Part shown: positions 59,793-64,000 of the stretch, piece after piece | How positions within the stretch are numbered: position 1 is the stretch's first letter | Layout of the letters: each line of letters starts with the position of its first letter | Assembly (NCBI RefSeq): GCF_036971445.1 | Contig: NC_091470.1 | Span: 142,476,001-142,540,000 of the forward strand | Length of the DNA: 64,000 nt | DNA from: Narcine bancroftii | Lineage: Eukaryota | Reading direction: 5' to 3' | The notes under the pieces: generated by a model | What the model saw: only the letters and a program-made list of their open reading frames with translations | Database searches by the model: none | What the model was told of the DNA's origin: nothing | Program-made: the position numbers and the translations under genes

Positions 59793-62737
59793 TGTGGTAA
59801 TACTCCACTGTATAGTGTTACTTGGTTACTGGCACTGTGTGGTACATATGTATGGCTGGCCTTCTTCCTTCGGTAACTCCACCCCCTGAAATCCCCTAAT
59901 AAGGCAGTAAGCCAAGACCCTCCCTCAGAATGAGTCCTGGGATTGGGCCAGAACAGGAGCAGGGTCCAAGTCTTCTGGTATTAAAAGCATGTCATCCAGC
60001 AACTCCAGCCTTTTGGTATTATTGATAATGAATCAATTTTAATACCATAGTTTTTTTTTGCATTGGACAAGCTGATAAAGCCAGACAAACTAGATGTAGA
60101 TCCACAAATGACTGGCGCCCCAGACCAATTTGAGCTCTAGCTTATCTGCCTCAATGACTTCTTGCACGCCAGCACTCAAGTTGTGAGTACCGATGATGAC
60201 AAACTACTCTTGCTGTGATTGAGGGTCACCCATCGGGCCTACATCTTCATCAGGTCGTGGTGGTCAAGAACGAGGAAAAATTCCGCATGGTAGTTGACTA
60301 CAGTCAAACCATAAACTGGTTCAAGCAGTTGGATGCATACCCCCCTTCCCCGCATCGCCGATATGGTAAATCTGATCGCCCAGTCCTGGCTGTTTCCAAC
60401 CATTGATTTAAAATTGGCATATCACCAGCTCCCCATCCGCCTGGAGGACCATCAGTATACCACATTCGAGGCAGACAGTCACCTCTACCATTTCCCAAGG
60501 GTCCCTTTTGGGGTCACCAATGGGATCTCTGTTTTCAAACAGAAAATGGACCAGATGGTAGACCAGCACAGGCTCAAAGCCACATACCCATACCTGGATA
60601 ATGTGACCATTTGTGGCCATGATATGTGGGACCATGTCACAAACCTGGAGATATTCCTCCAGACGGCCAAGGCACTCAACCTCACATAACAAAGCAAAGT
60701 GTGTGTTCCGCACATCACGCCTGGCCATTCTTGGTTGCGTTGTGGATCATGGTGTCATTGGGCCAGACCCTGATTGTATGCGCCTCCTGATGGAACTCCC
60801 TCTTCCTCACAGCCTCAAGGCTCTGAAATGGTGCCTTGGGTTTTTCTCTTATTATGCACAGTGGGTTCCCAATAATGCCAACAAGGCCCGAACCCTGGTG
60901 AAAGCCACATCTTTCCAATTCGCGGTGGATGCTCAGGAGGCCTTCACCCGCATCAAAGGGGACATTGCCAAGGCTATGATGCATGCCATGGTTGAGTCCA
61001 TCCCTTTTCAGGTGGAGAGGAATGCCTCTGATTTCACCCTAGCGGCCTCTCTCAACCAAGTAGGCAGACCAGTAGCATTCTTCTCCCGCATCCACCCGCC
61101 CTGAGGTCCGATACTCCTCCATTGAGAAGGAGGCGCAGACAATGGTCGAGGCGGTGCACCACTGGAGGCACTACCTAGCCGGTAAGTGATTTACCTGGCT
61201 GACTGACCATTGTGCAGTCGCATTCATGTTCCACAACAAACAGTGGAGTAAAATTAAAAATGATAAAATCCTGAGGTGGAGAATAGAACTCTCCACCTAT
61301 AATTATGACATCCTGTACCAGCCCAGGAAGCTCAACAAGTCCCCAAATTCCCTGTCCTGGGGAACGTGCACCAACTTGCAGTCCGACTGGCCTCTAACCC
61401 CTCCACAATGACGTCTGCCACCTCAGGCTTTTTTATTTTGTCAAGGCCAAAAACCTCCCCTACTCCATTGACAACATTCGGAACCTGACTAGAAACTCCT
61501 GGGTTTACATTGAATGCAAGAAACGTTTATACAGGGCAAACAAGTCACAGCTGATCAAGGCTACTCGACCTTTTGAGTGCCTGAGCATGGATTTCAAGGG
61601 GCCCCTGCCCTCGTCCATTCAGAACCTGTACTTCCTCAACATTGTTTCCTTTTTGCCATTCCCTGCCCCGATATGACCACGATCACTGTTAAAAAGGCAC
61701 TGCGCGGTATCTTCACCCTATTCGGGTACCCAAGCTATATCCACAATGATCGGGGGTCCACTTTTATGAATGACAAGCTGCAACAGTACCTTTTGACGTG
61801 GGGCATAGCCACCAGCAGAACCACGAGCTATAAACCCCAGGGAATGGTCAGAAAGAATGGGAGAACATTATCGTATGGAAGGCAATCCTTCCAGGGGTTG
61901 ACCCATCTCCCAGTGGCAGGAAGTCCTCCCCGATGCCCTCCATACAATCAGATCCTTCCTGTGTACCACCACCAATACAACGTCTCACAAAAGACTGTTT
62001 TCCTTCCCCAGGATATCAGCATCGGGGACAACTCTACCATCTGGCTGACGTCCTCAGGCCCAGTCCTGCTCAAGAGGCATGTATGGGGTCATAAGACTGG
62101 TTGAGATGATCCACCTTCTCCACACCTATGTGGCATACCCAGAAGAACATGAGAACACATTTTCTGTCAAGAACCTGGGCCTGTGCAGAAGACCCCAAGA
62201 CTTCCATGAACCCAGCACCACCTCCCACATCCACTGACCCCCCCACCCTACCCCAACCCAAGCATCAGCTGCTATGACCACTAAGGCCAATCCCTACCAC
62301 CCCACCCTGATTCCCGCACCGCCCAACCCACCCCCGGGTACACCAACTGCCGACATACTTCAACCCGACCGGGAACCAGCAGCTGCACCACAGCCAGCAC
62401 CACAACGGTCAACAAGGAACAGAAGATCACTGGACTGGCTGAACTTGTGATAGACATTGGACCTCCCCCTCCCCGGGACTTTCCTTTTAAAAGAAAGGAT
62501 GAATATGGTGATACACCACTGTATACTGTTATTTGGTTACTGTGTATATGTACGTTTCACATGTATGGCTGGCCCACCTTCCCTCGGTGACTCCACTCTC
62601 TAGAATCCCCTAATAAAGGCAGTTAAGGCAAGTCCCTCCCTCAATATGAGCCCTGGGATCAGGCCAGAACAGGAGCATGATATTAAAAGCCTGTTGTCCA
62701 GCAGCTCCAGCCTTCTGGTATTGTTGATAATGTATCA
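59793..62737 (+). mobile_element. Ty3/Gypsy LTR retrotransposon, internally deleted and degenerate
   Basis: LTRs 59793-60035 and 62504-62737; 5-bp TSD CAGGT at 59788-59792 and 62738-62742; polypurine tract before the 3' LTR; RT (RMVVDY, YLDN), RNase H (ASDF...RPVAFFSR) and integrase (DFKGPLP) in Gypsy order, with frameshifts. Confidence 0.93.
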
Positions 62738-63346
62738 CAGGTATTCTAGGATGGGTTCCATTGCAATGGGCAAACAGTGATGTGTGTATCTCCAGCGAGG
62801 AACTGTGATTTGTACAGGTTCTGGACCAGGACAAAGTCAGCCTAAGATAAAATCAATGACAAACAAGTCTTTAGATGAGTTTGCATCACAATGATGTTAT
62901 AAATAATACAGGCCAATAAAAATATAAAATCAAGGAATAGATGGAGTGTTTATTACATTGACAAAGATTGCATTGCATTTAGTTTATTTTTTTTCCCATG
63001 AAGATCGGCCTACCTTTCAGTGCATCAGCCCCTCTGCTATTTGTAGAACTGCAGGACACCAGTCAGAGACTTGCCACACTCCTCACAAGGAATCAGTCTT
63101 ACATGTTGCATTGTGAATAGCTGTGGAATAAATAGTACAGAATTTGTTATGAAAATACCTAAAGAAATTTGACCAACAAAGCAACCTGTAAATTTCCACA
63201 CACTGTTTTCCATCATTGAAAGTCTAAGGTTGCAACTGATATAATTCTTAAATAACTCAATCCCTAATGAATCATCACAGCTCCCTGTGGCAATGCTTTT
63301 TGTGCTCCTGGATAACTAAACACAACACAAACTCGCAGATTTCTCT

Positions 63347-63469
63347 TTAAATAGTGTGGGGATAGGATTTCACAGGGGTTTTTATCACCTGTGATATGTG
63401 ATCCAGTAATGGTCTTTTGTTCTTCTTTAAAGATGCAAGTCTTTCAGGAATTTGTTCACTCAGTTTGGT
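63347..63469 (-). CDS. Possible terminal coding exon of an unidentified gene entering from the right
   Basis: Pyrimidine tract plus aag|, then TKLSEQIPERLASLKKNKRPLLDHISQVIKTPVKSYPHTI*; minus-strand AATAAA near 62950 and 62985. I do not recognise the protein. Confidence 0.3.
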   Translation of the reverse strand, partial: TKLSEQIPERLASLKKNKRPLLDHISQVIKTPVKSYPHTI

Positions 63470-64000
63470 CTTCATGAAAGAAAAGCGATATGAAGATAAT
63501 GATTATAAAATGCAGAAATTTCATTCCTTCCAGCAATCATAATTCAAACAATTAAATGCATTTTGTTTTAAAACCACAAGATCCCAGAAATCAAAATCAA
63601 TGAGAGAAACTGCTGTAAATATTCAGCATGTCAGGCGGTAAAAGTGGGAAAAGAAACCAAGTTCCAGATTCAAGGTTCCTTTTACTGTCACACAATAATA
63701 CATTAAAAATGTAACACATAAAACAAGCACAAATTCACCCAATATCAAACCTCATTTATAAAAATAGCACTGGTGGTAGCAAAAAAATGTATCACAATCA
63801 CTTGGATGTCCGACTCCCCTCTACTTATTAGCACGATGGACTGTGGAAATGAACAGCCGTATATCTATGGAAAAAAATAACAAAGAATAAATATGACACT
63901 TCTGTAAAGGTCTGGCAGCCAAACCTGCACCACATTTCCTTTAAATGCTATCAACCAGTTCAATAAATGAAGTCTACACCATTTGTTGCCACGATTACTA

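Overview
Repeat-rich vertebrate genomic DNA. The repeat content (HE1/V-SINE-like SINEs, CR1, Penelope-derived elements) suggests a cartilaginous fish; this is an inference. Four spliced genes can be rebuilt by hand from GT-AG boundaries. (1) PPIH (cyclophilin H), minus strand, coding exons 1-5, running off the left edge. (2) TAF10, plus strand, complete, 152 aa, divergent from PPIH. (3, 4) Two head-to-head S1A serine protease paralogues, each 253 aa with five coding exons. The proteases have a trypsin-type S1 pocket and Ca2+ loop, but a granzyme-type intron-phase pattern (1-2-0-0), only four disulfides and a predicted Q-x-R tripeptide propeptide. A possible last exon of an unidentified minus-strand gene lies near the right edge. 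Mobile DNA includes a young 5'-truncated RTE LINE with an intact frame, a long decayed CR1 and an internally deleted Gypsy element with both LTRs and a 5-bp TSD. There are also Penelope fragments, many short palindromic Penelope-derived elements with hammerhead-like motifs and 10-15 bp TSDs, L1-like and Rex1/L2-like fragments, hAT and Tigger-like MITEs, and tRNA-derived SINEs. Two minisatellites flank the PPIH start: a 24-bp G-run array in intron 1, and a 40-bp CpG-rich array that appears to have grown out of an interspersed repeat. Most ORFs in the supplied track are by-products of repeats. All calls come from reading the sequence; no database search was run.
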